64,000 nucleotides of DNA, from assembly GCA_016709225.1 (NCBI GenBank), contig JADJEE010000012.1:2371630-2435629 (forward strand). The letters run 5' to 3'. Position numbers and translations under genes: made by a program. Source of the stretch: Deltaproteobacteria bacterium. GTDB taxonomy: Bacteria; Myxococcota_A; Polyangia; Nannocystales; Nannocystaceae. The notes beneath the pieces are model-generated. The model saw nothing but the letters and a program-made list of their open reading frames with translations, had not been told where the DNA came from and did not search any database. The stretch's first letter is position 1; each line of letters starts with the position of its first letter. This document shows, piece by piece, positions 43,801 through 52,591 of the stretch.

Positions 43801-44967
43801 CTACAGCAGCTGCATGTACGCGATGATGTCCGCGCGCTCGTCCATCGACAGCGGCGGCAACCCGACGATCTGGAAGTAGTCGGAGTAGTGGGCCATCAGC
43901 TCGTCGAGGTCCGCGGCGGAGTTGTCGTGGAAATACGGCGCGGTGTCCTTGGCGCCCCACACCGTGGGGATGCGGAAGAAGTTGGCCTCGGCCGGATCGC
44001 CCGTGACGAGCGCGCGGCCCGGATCGGGCGAGTCGATCACGGTGGTGGTGCCGTCGCCATTGTCGACCACGAAGCTCTGCACCGGGTTGCCGGCCTTGTT
44101 GAGCTCCGACACGAACGCGGTGAAGAACCGCGAGCCCGGGGGCAGCGGCGCGAGCAGGAACTCCGAGGTCTGGTTCAGCATCGGGCCGGCGTGGCAGTGC
44201 CCGCAGACGCCGCCCGCGCTGGGCACGAACCACGCGCGCCCGCGGATCTGCGCCGGCGTGTTACCCGGCGGCAGCGTCGGCTCGGGGCCACCGTTGGCCC
44301 AGTGCTTGAGCTTGTTGTTCGAGAAGAACTTGTTGGTCTGCTGGAACTCCGCGATCGCGGTCAGCTCGGCGAAGGTCGGCTCGCGGCCAGGCTCGGCGTG
44401 GGCATGGATGGCGCCGTTGGCCTGGTCCTGCAGCGTGGTGAAGCGACCGTCGGCCATGAAGATGGTGTCGAGCGATGGCACGTTGTTGGTGGTGGGCACG
44501 CCGCGGGCAAAGGTCGCGTGGGTCGCCGATGGATCGGCGGCGAGCGACCAGTTCGCCGGCAGCGGGATGTCGATCAGCACCGTCGCGTCGGTGAGCAGGC
44601 GATCGTAGGACTCGCCCAGGCGATCGTCGCTGTCGAGCGCGCGAAACAGCGGCCCGTCGTCGTCGCACTCGAACGCGTCCTGCACCTGCTCGGGCGACAG
44701 CGCGCCGGTCGAGCTGGTGTGGCACGTGCGGCACGTGCGTCCGTTGCCATCGAAGGTCTCGTCTTCGAACAGCTTCTTGCCGTTGGGTTTCTTCGCGGCC
44801 TGTGGCGAGGTCGCGGCGGCGAGCCCGACGTCGGCCACCGGCGGGTCGTCGGGCTCGACGAGCGAAGCGGTGGGCGTGGGCCCATCACCACCTTCGTCGC
44901 AGGCGACAGGCAGCAGCAACATGCAGGCGGCGAGGAGCGAGAGCGGAGCAGAGCGGTCGGCGTGCAT
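43801..44967 (-). CDS. Di-haem cytochrome c peroxidase / MauG-family lipoprotein
   Basis: Starts at M48 of the track ORF (MHADRSAPLSLLAACMLLLPVACDEGG lipobox). Two CxxCH motifs (CRTCH near the N-terminus and CGHCH at ~290) in the CCP/MauG arrangement. Confidence 0.8.
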   Translation of the reverse strand: MHADRSAPLSLLAACMLLLPVACDEGGDGPTPTASLVEPDDPPVADVGLAAATSPQAAKKPNGKKLFEDETFDGNGRTCRTCHTSSTGALSPEQVQDAFECDDDGPLFRALDSDDRLGESYDRLLTDATVLIDIPLPANWSLAADPSATHATFARGVPTTNNVPSLDTIFMADGRFTTLQDQANGAIHAHAEPGREPTFAELTAIAEFQQTNKFFSNNKLKHWANGGPEPTLPPGNTPAQIRGRAWFVPSAGGVCGHCHAGPMLNQTSEFLLAPLPPGSRFFTAFVSELNKAGNPVQSFVVDNGDGTTTVIDSPDPGRALVTGDPAEANFFRIPTVWGAKDTAPYFHDNSAADLDELMAHYSDYFQIVGLPPLSMDERADIIAYMQLL

Positions 44968-45144
44968 CGTCAGCCACGATGGACCTCGCCGTCGCGGGTG
45001 GTCAAGCGCGGCCCACGGACACGAACGCCGTGACACGGGCGTCGACGCGACGCGATGCGCGATCACGAACTCGCGCATGCGATGGCCACCGCCGTTCGGT
45101 GGTTTCAATCACACTTTGCGGCACCACGCTCGGTGATGGCCGGT

Positions 45145-46467
45145 TCAGCCGCGGAAGTAGGCGCGGCCGGCCAGCACACCGATGACCCCGCGTGCGCGCA
45201 GCTGCGTGCTCTGCAGGCGGATCATCTCGTCGGGGTTGCCGGGGCGCACGGCCTCGATCTGGAACTGCACCTGCGGGAACGGCTCGAGGCTCTGCAGGTA
45301 CTCGAGCGAGTACTTGCGGGCCTCGTCCTCGTCGCGGGCGAGCACGCTGAAGCCGGTGGTGTAGCCGTGGGCGTCCTCGGGCCAGTGCTCGAGGGCCGAG
45401 GGCGACTGCGCGCGCGCGGTGACGGTGAAGGTCGTCATCTCGGGCGCACGCCCGTGGTCGGCCTCGTTCAGGGTCTCGAGCATGTGCGCGGTGATCCAGT
45501 CGCGCTGGCCGGCCATGCGCGCGACCTCGCGGGCCTCGCCGTAGCGCTGCCGCGACCACAACGCGTCGAACACCTCTTCGGACACCAGGCTCGCATAGCT
45601 CGGCGAGAGATGAGCCGAGTCGATCGCCGCCAGCCGATCGATGGCGCCGTAGAGCAGGCCCAGCGCCTTGTCGAGATCCGCATCGGGCTGCGCCAGCGTC
45701 CACGCGCCGAACACCGCCAGCGTCAGCGGGCTGTTCGGGTCGGACTCGTGGGCGTTGCGCATCGACGCGAACGCCTCCTCGGGCTGACCCATGCGGTACT
45801 GCGTGATCGCGAGGTTGTACCAGCCGCTGCCGTGGGTGCGGTCGATCGAGAGCGCGGTCTGGAAGCGATCGATCGCCTCCTCGAACTCGTCGAGATCCGA
45901 CAGGCAGATGCCGTGCTCGACCAACATCTCGACCGACAGCGGGTCTTCGTCGAGGTAGGCCTCGTAGACGTCGGCGGCCTCCTCGAGCCGACCGCTGCGA
46001 CGCAGCAAGGCACCGAGGGCGGCATTGGCCTCGAAGAGGGTCGGGCCATCGCCGTCGACCTCGATCGAGCGGCGATAGCACTGCTCGGCCGCGGACTCGT
46101 CGCCCAGGCGCTCGAGCACGGCGCCGAGGTTGTAGTGCTGCAGCGAGCCGGTCGCGTCGACCTCGATGGCCTTCACGAAGGCGTCGCGGGCATCGGTCAG
46201 CTGGCCGCGAAGGTCGTAGACGTTGCCCAGCGCGATCAGCACGTCGGCCTCGCGGGGCAGCTCGTCGGCGGCGCGCTCGGCCAGGGTCAGCGCGTGGTCG
46301 AGGTCACCGGTGTCGCACAGGCCGCGGATCCACATGCAGTAGAGCGGCAGGCGATCTTCGTCCGGTAGCTCGGGCTCCCAGGAGCTGCGGAGCATCCGTA
46401 CCGCGGAGTTGGAGGCGCCCTCGTCCAGGAGCGTGGCCGCGGCGTCTAGCTGAGCGCGAAGCGACAT
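45145..46467 (-). CDS. TPR-repeat protein (cytoplasmic)
   Basis: Starts at M58 of the track ORF (MSLRAQLDAAATLLDEG…). Multiple TPR-like units (…ALGNVYDLRGQLTDARDAFVKAIEVD…HYNLGAVLERLGDESAAEQCYRRSIEVD…). Confidence 0.75.
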   Translation of the reverse strand: MSLRAQLDAAATLLDEGASNSAVRMLRSSWEPELPDEDRLPLYCMWIRGLCDTGDLDHALTLAERAADELPREADVLIALGNVYDLRGQLTDARDAFVKAIEVDATGSLQHYNLGAVLERLGDESAAEQCYRRSIEVDGDGPTLFEANAALGALLRRSGRLEEAADVYEAYLDEDPLSVEMLVEHGICLSDLDEFEEAIDRFQTALSIDRTHGSGWYNLAITQYRMGQPEEAFASMRNAHESDPNSPLTLAVFGAWTLAQPDADLDKALGLLYGAIDRLAAIDSAHLSPSYASLVSEEVFDALWSRQRYGEAREVARMAGQRDWITAHMLETLNEADHGRAPEMTTFTVTARAQSPSALEHWPEDAHGYTTGFSVLARDEDEARKYSLEYLQSLEPFPQVQFQIEAVRPGNPDEMIRLQSTQLRARGVIGVLAGRAYFRG

Positions 46468-46704
46468 CAGGCAGCTCCAAGATTTTTTGCACGGTCGGGC
46501 CCACGAGGCAATTGCCGAAACGGTGCGGGTCCTCGCGGGGCGATGCGGCGCACACCGACCTCGCCTGCACCAGGGCTCGTGGGCGCTCGTCCGCGGCGTC
46601 GCGCGACGACGAGCGCCGGGTTGACAGATGCGATGCAAACAGCGGCCGCGCGAGCCCGGTTCGGGCGCCCAGGGCGCCCGGACGGTTCCGCGCGGCCCGC
46701 TCGA

Positions 46705-48285
46705 TCAGCGACGCACGCGGCGACGAGCGGCCCATGCACCGAGCACGAGCAGCGCCCACGCCGGGGAGCCGAAGCGTGCGCCGGGATCGACCGCACACGA
46801 CTGCTCGCCCTCGACCCCGCGACCCCACACGTCGCCGCCACCGATGCCGTCGTTGGCGTCGGGGTCGACGCCCGCGGCCTGCTCGTCGATCCGGGTCAGA
46901 CGGATCGCGTCGAACACCACGCGCCGACCGAGCGAGTTGGACTCACCGGTGGCATCGGCGAGCGTCAGCGAGCCCCCGCTGCCGCCGTCGAAGTTGAACG
47001 TGCCCAGCGACACCCAGCCGTTCTTCGTCGACTGGTTCATCACCACGGTCGCGAGTCCACCGGCGTGCTGGAGCTTGTACTTGGCCTGCTTGCTGGTGTT
47101 GTTCGGCGTCGGCACGTTGGCCTCGACGCGGTACGTGCCGGCCTCGGCGAAGTCGAACAGCACCTCGGCGTAGTTGGTGACCGTGGTCTTGGTGGTGCCG
47201 GTCCACACCGAGTCACCGCCCTGACCGCCCTGGACCTTGCGCCACCACTGCGAGGGCCCGTGGAAGACGTAGCAGGCGTCGCCGTCGTCGATGGTGCCGC
47301 CGTCGGCCGCGATCAGACCGCAGCTGGGACAGTCGGCCGCGCAGGTGCTGCTGTCCTCGCTGCCACCGCAGGTGCCGTCGCCACAGCTGTCGCCGTTGCC
47401 ACCCCAGGCCAGCAGCGCCTCGAGATCGCCGTTGAAACGGTTGGTGTCGGTGTTGCCGTTGACGCCGGCCGTCGAGCCGCTGTCGGTGTATTGGTGGAAG
47501 GTCCACTCGCTCCACTGCGACGGCAGGTTGGGGCAGCCGTTCGTATAGTGGGCGATCCACAGCGGGTAGTCGGCGAACGCGGACGACTTGACGTAGTCCT
47601 GCCAGAAGAAGCGGCCGGTGTAGATGATCGGCTTGACGCCGGTGGCCGCCTCGACGCGGTTGACCCACTTCGTCACCGCCGCCGCGACCGCGGTCGACGA
47701 CAGACCGCCATGGCTCTCGACGTCGATCACCGGCGGCAGGTCACCCGGCTGCAGCGGGCCCATGTGCTCGAGCAGCAGATCGGCCTGCGCCTCGGCGTTC
47801 TGGCCGGGCTCGAAGTACTGGTACACGCCGACCCGCAGACCCGCCGCGCGGGCCTTGGACCAGTTCGCGTCGAAGAACTGATCGAAGGTGTTGAGCCCGT
47901 GCGAGACGCGGACGAACGCGAACTCGACCCCGTCGTTGGCGACCGAGGTCCAGTTGACGTTGCCCTGCCACTTGGAGATGTCGATGCCCTTGACCGTGCC
48001 CCCGCTGGCGCACACCGAGGCGGCGCTGGGATCGATCTCGGTCGCGAGCTCGTCCGGTGAGCTCTGGCCGGCGGCCTCGACCTCGCCGGCGCGCAGGGCC
48101 GCCGCGAGCTCGTAGTCGCGCAGGCCGTCGCCCATGGCGCGGTCGTCGTCGGGGTGTGCCGGGGCGGCGGTGGCCGTCGCAGGCAGGCCCACGAGGGCCA
48201 GGGTGATGCCGAGGTTCAGGACGCTGGCCGCTACCGCGGCCCACACCGTGCGGCGCTCTCGCCCGATTCGAAGTCGCTCTCGCAT
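46705..48285 (-). CDS. GH25-family muramidase (lysozyme) with Cys-rich linker, C-terminal beta domain and MYXO-CTERM
   Basis: Signal peptide. GIDISKWQGNVNWTSVANDGVEFAFVRVSHG…VGVYQYFEP…PPVIDVES…KPIIYTG…YPLWIAHY…WTFHQYT is the GH25 signature. CGDGTCGG…CAADCPSCG linker. C-terminal …SCAVDPGARFGSPAWALLVLGAWAARRRVRR = MYXO-CTERM. Confidence 0.85.
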   Translation of the reverse strand: MRERLRIGRERRTVWAAVAASVLNLGITLALVGLPATATAAPAHPDDDRAMGDGLRDYELAAALRAGEVEAAGQSSPDELATEIDPSAASVCASGGTVKGIDISKWQGNVNWTSVANDGVEFAFVRVSHGLNTFDQFFDANWSKARAAGLRVGVYQYFEPGQNAEAQADLLLEHMGPLQPGDLPPVIDVESHGGLSSTAVAAAVTKWVNRVEAATGVKPIIYTGRFFWQDYVKSSAFADYPLWIAHYTNGCPNLPSQWSEWTFHQYTDSGSTAGVNGNTDTNRFNGDLEALLAWGGNGDSCGDGTCGGSEDSSTCAADCPSCGLIAADGGTIDDGDACYVFHGPSQWWRKVQGGQGGDSVWTGTTKTTVTNYAEVLFDFAEAGTYRVEANVPTPNNTSKQAKYKLQHAGGLATVVMNQSTKNGWVSLGTFNFDGGSGGSLTLADATGESNSLGRRVVFDAIRLTRIDEQAAGVDPDANDGIGGGDVWGRGVEGEQSCAVDPGARFGSPAWALLVLGAWAARRRVRR

Positions 48286-48449
48286 GTCCGCATCTCGTCT
48301 CTCTGCCCCAGCCCAACATCACCTTAGGGGGGCGCGACGACGAGCGACAGCTCAGTGAGGGCGCGACTACGCAGGCCTACGTACGAAGATCGCATGTAGG
48401 CAACGGCCGCGGTGAACCGCGACCGCAATTGCAGCACGCGGTCGGCCGA

Positions 48450-50090
48450 TCAGCCGCGGCGTCGCTGCACACGACGTCGGCGTGGCCACACGATTGGCAG
48501 CAGCAACCACCACGCCGACGCGCGTGCGTCGAGATCGCTGCGACAGCCACAACCGCCGGCGTCGTCGCCATCGGCGAAGCCCGGCGGCAGCGCACTGTCG
48601 TCGCCGCTGTCGACCCCACCGCTGCTGTCGCCGCTGGGCAGGCCCTCGGTGCCCTCGCTCGGCGACCCGTCATCGGTGTCGTCGCCCGCGGTCGGATCGG
48701 TGGTGCCGCCGGTGTCGTCGCTCGCGGGCGGATCGAGCCGCGTGAGCCGCACCGCGTCGTAGACCAGCTTGATCTCGCTGGCCGGCGGATCGCCGGTGTT
48801 GTCATCGAGCTCGATGGCCTGGTCGTGACCACCGGCCTCGAACACGAACTCGCCCAGCTGCGCCCAGCCATCGTCGGACGCGGCCGCTGCGACCTGATCG
48901 ACGATCATGTCGTTGCTGCCGCCGGCGTGGGTGATGTGGTAGCGGGCCCGCGTCGACATCGCGAACTCGGGCACGAGGTGGGCCTCGACGCGGTAGGTGC
49001 CGGCGTCGGCGAAGTGCAGCTCGATGCGACCGAAGTTCGACTTCGTGTCGTAGTCGGTGGCCATCGTCCACGCCAGATCGCCGCCTTCACCGACGCTCTC
49101 GTGACGCCAATACTCCTGCGGTCCGCCCAGCTGATAGCAGGCGTCGCCGTCGTCGATGGTGCCGCCCAGCGCATCGACGATGCCGCACGCGGTGCAGTCC
49201 TCCGGGCACACGTCGGCGTCCTCGTCACCGGTGCACTTGCCGTCGCCGCACACCGCGGGCGCGGCGAACAAGCCCGAGAGCGCGGTCAGATCGCCGTTGA
49301 AGTCGTTGCGATCGACGTCGCCGCTGATGCCCGCGACCGAGCCGCTGCTGGTGTACTGGTGGAAGTACCAGTCGTCCCACTGATCGGGGATGTTCGGGCA
49401 ATCGGTCGTGTAGTGGGCGATCCACAGCGGGTAGTCGGCGAACGCCGGCGACTGCACGTAGTCCTGCCAGAAGTAGCGACCGGTGTAGATGATCGGCTTC
49501 ACGCCGGTCGCGGCCTCGACGGTCGCGATCCACTGCGCCACTGCGTTCGCGACCTCGGCCGGCGGCAGGTTGCCGTGGCTCTCGACGTCGATCACCGGCG
49601 GCAGATCCTCGGGCCCGAGCGGGCCCATCATCTCGAGCATGATGTTGGCCTGCTCGACGGCATCCTGACCCGGCTCGAAGTACTGGTACACGCCGCCGTA
49701 GATGCCGGCCGCGCGCGACTCGGCCCAGTTCTCGTCGAAGAACTCGTCGATCGTGTTGATGCCGTGGGTCGCCCGCATGATCGCGTAGACGATTCCGGCG
49801 CCCGCGACCGAGTTCCAGTTGATCGAGCCCTGCCACTTCGAGACGTCGATGCCCGGCAGCGTGGTGCCGTCGGCACAGGTGGTCGCGGCGAAGGGGTCCT
49901 GCGGCGCGAGCAGCTCGTCGGCGCCGACGGCATCACCGGCGCGCTGCAGGCCCGCGCCCATCGTGCCCACCGGGCGCAGCTCGGCGGCCCCTGCGATCCC
50001 CGCGACCGTCATCGCCGACAGCGATGCGACTGCGGTCACACGCCCGACGCGACCCGCACGCCCCACTCGAAATCCCTGTCGCTCGCCCAT
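48450..50090 (-). CDS. GH25-family muramidase paralogue with same architecture and MYXO-CTERM
   Basis: Starts at M (complement of 50088-50090) within track ORF 48450..51617. GIDVSKWQGSINWNSVAGAGIVYAIMRATHG…VYQYFEPGQDAVEQANIML…PPVIDVESHG…KPIIYTGRYFWQDY…YPLWIAHYTTDCPNIPDQW…FHQYTSSG. CGDGKCTGDEDADVCPEDCTACG linker. …GCGCRSDLDARASAWWLLLPIVWPRRRRV tail. Confidence 0.85.
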   Translation of the reverse strand: MGERQGFRVGRAGRVGRVTAVASLSAMTVAGIAGAAELRPVGTMGAGLQRAGDAVGADELLAPQDPFAATTCADGTTLPGIDVSKWQGSINWNSVAGAGIVYAIMRATHGINTIDEFFDENWAESRAAGIYGGVYQYFEPGQDAVEQANIMLEMMGPLGPEDLPPVIDVESHGNLPPAEVANAVAQWIATVEAATGVKPIIYTGRYFWQDYVQSPAFADYPLWIAHYTTDCPNIPDQWDDWYFHQYTSSGSVAGISGDVDRNDFNGDLTALSGLFAAPAVCGDGKCTGDEDADVCPEDCTACGIVDALGGTIDDGDACYQLGGPQEYWRHESVGEGGDLAWTMATDYDTKSNFGRIELHFADAGTYRVEAHLVPEFAMSTRARYHITHAGGSNDMIVDQVAAAASDDGWAQLGEFVFEAGGHDQAIELDDNTGDPPASEIKLVYDAVRLTRLDPPASDDTGGTTDPTAGDDTDDGSPSEGTEGLPSGDSSGGVDSGDDSALPPGFADGDDAGGCGCRSDLDARASAWWLLLPIVWPRRRRVQRRRG

Positions 50091-50213
50091 CGCCGCCGCC
50101 CCTCCCAGAAGGACCCGAGGGCCCCCCATGAGAGGTACCCGGTTGCTCGCCCGGTGAGGGCGACGATATCGCCGCGTACGCAGGCCGGCGTAGGCGTTCA
50201 CGCGCATCGCCCT

Positions 50214-50247
50214 CGCGCACGCGCACGCGCACGCGCACGCGCGCGCG
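50214..50247. repeat. Simple repeat (GCGCAC)4(GC)n, 34-nt perfectly alternating pyrimidine/purine tract (Z-DNA-prone)
   Basis: cgcgcacgcgcacgcgcacgcgcacgcgcgcgcg, read directly. Lies in the intergenic region upstream of the second GH25 gene and of the divergent small secreted protein gene. Confidence 0.8.
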
Positions 50248-50402
50248 GGGGCGGGGACTCCGCCACCGGTGCCCCGCGTGGCCCCGGCCGACCAAGCTCT
50301 CGCCAGTTTGAGCTGCGAACCCGCCTTCGGACGCCGATCTTGCGCCAGGTCACGTTTCGCCGATCGCTTGATCGTGCCGCCACGACGACTAAGATCTGGC
50401 CC

Positions 50403-50996
50403 ATGTTCGCGTCGTCTCGTCTGCGCGCCCGCTTCGTGGTCCCTGGCTTGTTCGGTCTCTCCCTCGCGGTCTCGGGCCTCGTGTTGCCCGTCGCCCACGC
50501 CGAGGACGACGACGTGATCGCGGCCGAAGACGAAGACGCGCCCAAGGACGCCGCGGCGATCAAGATCGAGCTCAAGCAGGAGAGCGGCAAGGTCCTCAAG
50601 TACGACGGCGCCGTGCTCGACTGGGGCGCCGACGGCAACGTCGAGTTCAAGGCCGACAACCACGTGCACGACGTCGCGCTGCGGGTCGATCGCGGCGAGG
50701 GCGAGGGCAAGACCATCCAGCTGACGGTCGGCTACACCCGCGATGGCAAGTCCATCATCGAAGACCACACGGTCTCGTCCGAGATCAAGAAGCGCGAGGT
50801 CATCCGCATCGAGGGTGGCATCGCGATCGCGATCACCGTGACGCCGAAGCCGAGCAAGGCCACGCCGCCGCCGGAGGAGACCAAGCCGAGCGAGAAGCCC
50901 GACGAGACGCCCGACGAGCCCAGCGAGCCGCCCGCGCCCAAGAAGCGCAAGATCGAGGGCGGCGACAGCGACGACCCGCTCGACGGCCTGCGCTGA
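50403..50996 (+). CDS. Small secreted Lys/Glu-rich protein with Pro/Glu/Lys-rich basic C-terminal tail
   Basis: Last 197 codons of track ORF 48429..50996 (the rest is antisense to the GH25 gene): MFASSRLRARFVVPGLFGLSLAVSGLVLPVAHA signal peptide, then a charged beta-rich domain (…KIELKQESGKVLKYDGAVLDWGADGNVEFKADNHVHDV…) and a PKPSKATPPPEETKPSEKPDETPDEPSEPPAPKKRKIEGG tail. Somewhat lower GC than the neighbours. Confidence 0.6.
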   Translation: MFASSRLRARFVVPGLFGLSLAVSGLVLPVAHAEDDDVIAAEDEDAPKDAAAIKIELKQESGKVLKYDGAVLDWGADGNVEFKADNHVHDVALRVDRGEGEGKTIQLTVGYTRDGKSIIEDHTVSSEIKKREVIRIEGGIAIAITVTPKPSKATPPPEETKPSEKPDETPDEPSEPPAPKKRKIEGGDSDDPLDGLR

Positions 50997-51065
50997 TCCA
51001 TCGGCCCCGCAACGCCAACGGGCTCGGCACCACACCCACGTGGTCCCGAGCCCGTCGTCGTTTTC

Positions 51066-51087
51066 GGTGCGTGCGTGCGTGCGTGCT
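51066..51087. repeat. Simple repeat (GTGC)5, alternating purine/pyrimidine
   Basis: ggtgcgtgcgtgcgtgcgtgc, read directly. Lies between the convergent ends of the small secreted protein gene and the Cys-rich lipoprotein gene. Confidence 0.8.
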
Positions 51088-52264
51088 ACCGGCCGGCGGC
51101 CTCGAGCTTGGCGAGCCGCTGCTCGAGACTGCCGAGCTCGCGCTGCAACGCCGCCTTGTCCTCGCGCAGCTGCTCGAGCTCGGCGTGTAGCGCCTGGATC
51201 GACGCCAGCGCGACACCATCGGCGTCGACCTGGAAGATGAGCCTGTCGGTCTTGCCCACGCCGAAGGCGGCGTGGAAGTCCTGCGCCATCGGGCCGATGT
51301 GCCGGATCGCCTCGTCCTCGAAGCGGTAGCTCCACGTCGTGATCGGCATCGCGAGCACACGCTCGAGCACGTTCTTCGGATCGACGGCCGCGAAGTTGTG
51401 CTTGCGATTGCGATCGCTGATCGGACACACCTGCCCGCAGAACTCCTGGCCGGGCTCGATCGGCACGCCGCCGCAACACTGCAGGTCTTCGCAGCAGGCT
51501 TCGCCCATCGCACAGCTCTCGCCGTCGCCGACGCACATCCCGCCGCAGACCTCGCCCAGATCGCACGCGGGCGGTTCGTCGCCGTTGGGGCACTGCCACA
51601 TGCCGTCGGCGCAGCACGACGCCGTGCCGATCAGGCAGAAGGGCATCGCGTCGGGGTCGCAGCAGCTCGGCGGCGGCGGACAGGGCTCGCCCTCGACGTC
51701 ACAGGCCCCCTGCTCGGGGCATGACCACTCGCCATTGCCGCAGCAGGAAGCCGGGCCGCCCATGCACGCCGGCGGATCGCCGACGCAGCACTGGGGCTGC
51801 TCGCACACGACGCCGACGTCGCAGGTCGGATTGCCACCCTCGTCGTTGCACGCCCACGTGCCGTCGACGCAGCAGCTCGATCCTTCGATGCACGGCGGCG
51901 CCTCTTCCGGCAAGCAGCACACGTCGGGACCCGTCGTGTTGCCGCCGCTGCTGCTGCTGCCGTCGCTGCTCCCGCTGCTGCTGCTGCCACCGCTGCTCCC
52001 GCTGCCACTGCTGCCACCGCTGCTGCTGCTGCCATCGGTGGTCGCCGTCGTCGTCGCGGTCGTGCCGGTGTCATCGGTCGTCGTCGCGGTGCTCGACGCC
52101 GAGGTGTCCGCGGTGGTCGCGGTCGTCGATGCGGTGGTCGAGGTCGAACCGCCCGAGGCCGAGCTCGAGCTCGAGCCCGAGGGATCGGTGTCGCCGGTGA
52201 CATCGTCACCACAACCCGCGACGAGACACGCCGACGCAAAACCAATGGAGATCAACTTGCGCAT
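51086..52264 (-). CDS. Cys-rich secreted lipoprotein with C-terminal Peptidase_S74-like (phage tail-spike/endosialidase intramolecular chaperone) domain
   Basis: Starts at M92 of track ORF 51086..52537 (MRKLISIGFASACLVAGCGDD lipobox). Long S/T/G linker. ~170 aa with >30 Cys in CC/CxxC arrangements. C-terminus …DRNRKHNFAAVDPKNVLERVLAMPITTWSYRFEDEAIRHIGPMAQDFHAAFGVGKTDRLIFQVDADGVALASIQALHAELEQLREDKAALQRELGSLEQRLAKLEAA matches the S74 chaperone-domain pattern (DKN…K…D…WxY…GxIAQD…DxxGV…ALxAEL-coiled coil). Confidence 0.75.
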   Translation of the reverse strand: MRKLISIGFASACLVAGCGDDVTGDTDPSGSSSSSASGGSTSTTASTTATTADTSASSTATTTDDTGTTATTTATTDGSSSSGGSSGSGSSGGSSSSGSSDGSSSSGGNTTGPDVCCLPEEAPPCIEGSSCCVDGTWACNDEGGNPTCDVGVVCEQPQCCVGDPPACMGGPASCCGNGEWSCPEQGACDVEGEPCPPPPSCCDPDAMPFCLIGTASCCADGMWQCPNGDEPPACDLGEVCGGMCVGDGESCAMGEACCEDLQCCGGVPIEPGQEFCGQVCPISDRNRKHNFAAVDPKNVLERVLAMPITTWSYRFEDEAIRHIGPMAQDFHAAFGVGKTDRLIFQVDADGVALASIQALHAELEQLREDKAALQRELGSLEQRLAKLEAAGR

Positions 52265-52591
52265 GGTCCACCAAGCCCTTCCCGGCCCGCGGATGAACGC
52301 CATCCACGAGGTCCGCTCGGGTGAACGGCCGCGACGCGGGCAATCCTTCGCCGAGGATTGCTCGCGCCTTGCGGGACCGGTCGGAACCGACGTCCGGTGG
52401 CATCGCGACCTGCCGTAAGGTGACGTCCCGACGGACGTGCACGTCGGTGCACAAGCGCGGACGTTGGCGGCGAGTGACGCGTGCCCGCGGCGTGCTAGGC
52501 TCGCTGCGGAGCGCCCGCGTTGGGGTGTTTCGAGCATCGGGTCCCATTGGGGGGCCGAGCAGGGCCGGACCGGCCAGGTGGGGTGGAGACG

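Noticed and set aside
46540-46610. Inverted repeat GGCGCTCGTC…GACGAGCGCC between GH25 gene 1 stop and TPR gene start as an intrinsic terminator
   Set aside because: There is a 10-bp stem with a ~16-nt loop but no adjacent A/T-tract on the appropriate side, and it lies ~100 bp from the stop. It could be coincidental in GC-rich DNA and is not reported as a feature.
50214-50247. Possible CRISPR array or other interspersed repeat system
   Set aside because: Only short simple-sequence tracts, (GCGCAC)n and (GTGC)n, are present, with no spacer-separated direct repeats of 25-40 bp anywhere in the window. No cas genes. No CRISPR is called.
48429-50402. First 658 codons of plus-strand ORF 48429..50996
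   Set aside because: Antisense to the second GH25 gene. Only the last 197 codons (50403-50996), which have a signal peptide and lie outside the GH25 gene, are taken as real.
50091-51617. Continuation of the minus-strand ORF 48450..51617 upstream of the GH25 paralogue start
   Set aside because: Translation is RRRR/GRGR junk, crosses the GCGCAC simple repeat, and overlaps the plus-strand secreted-protein gene. The GH25 signal peptide begins at 50090.
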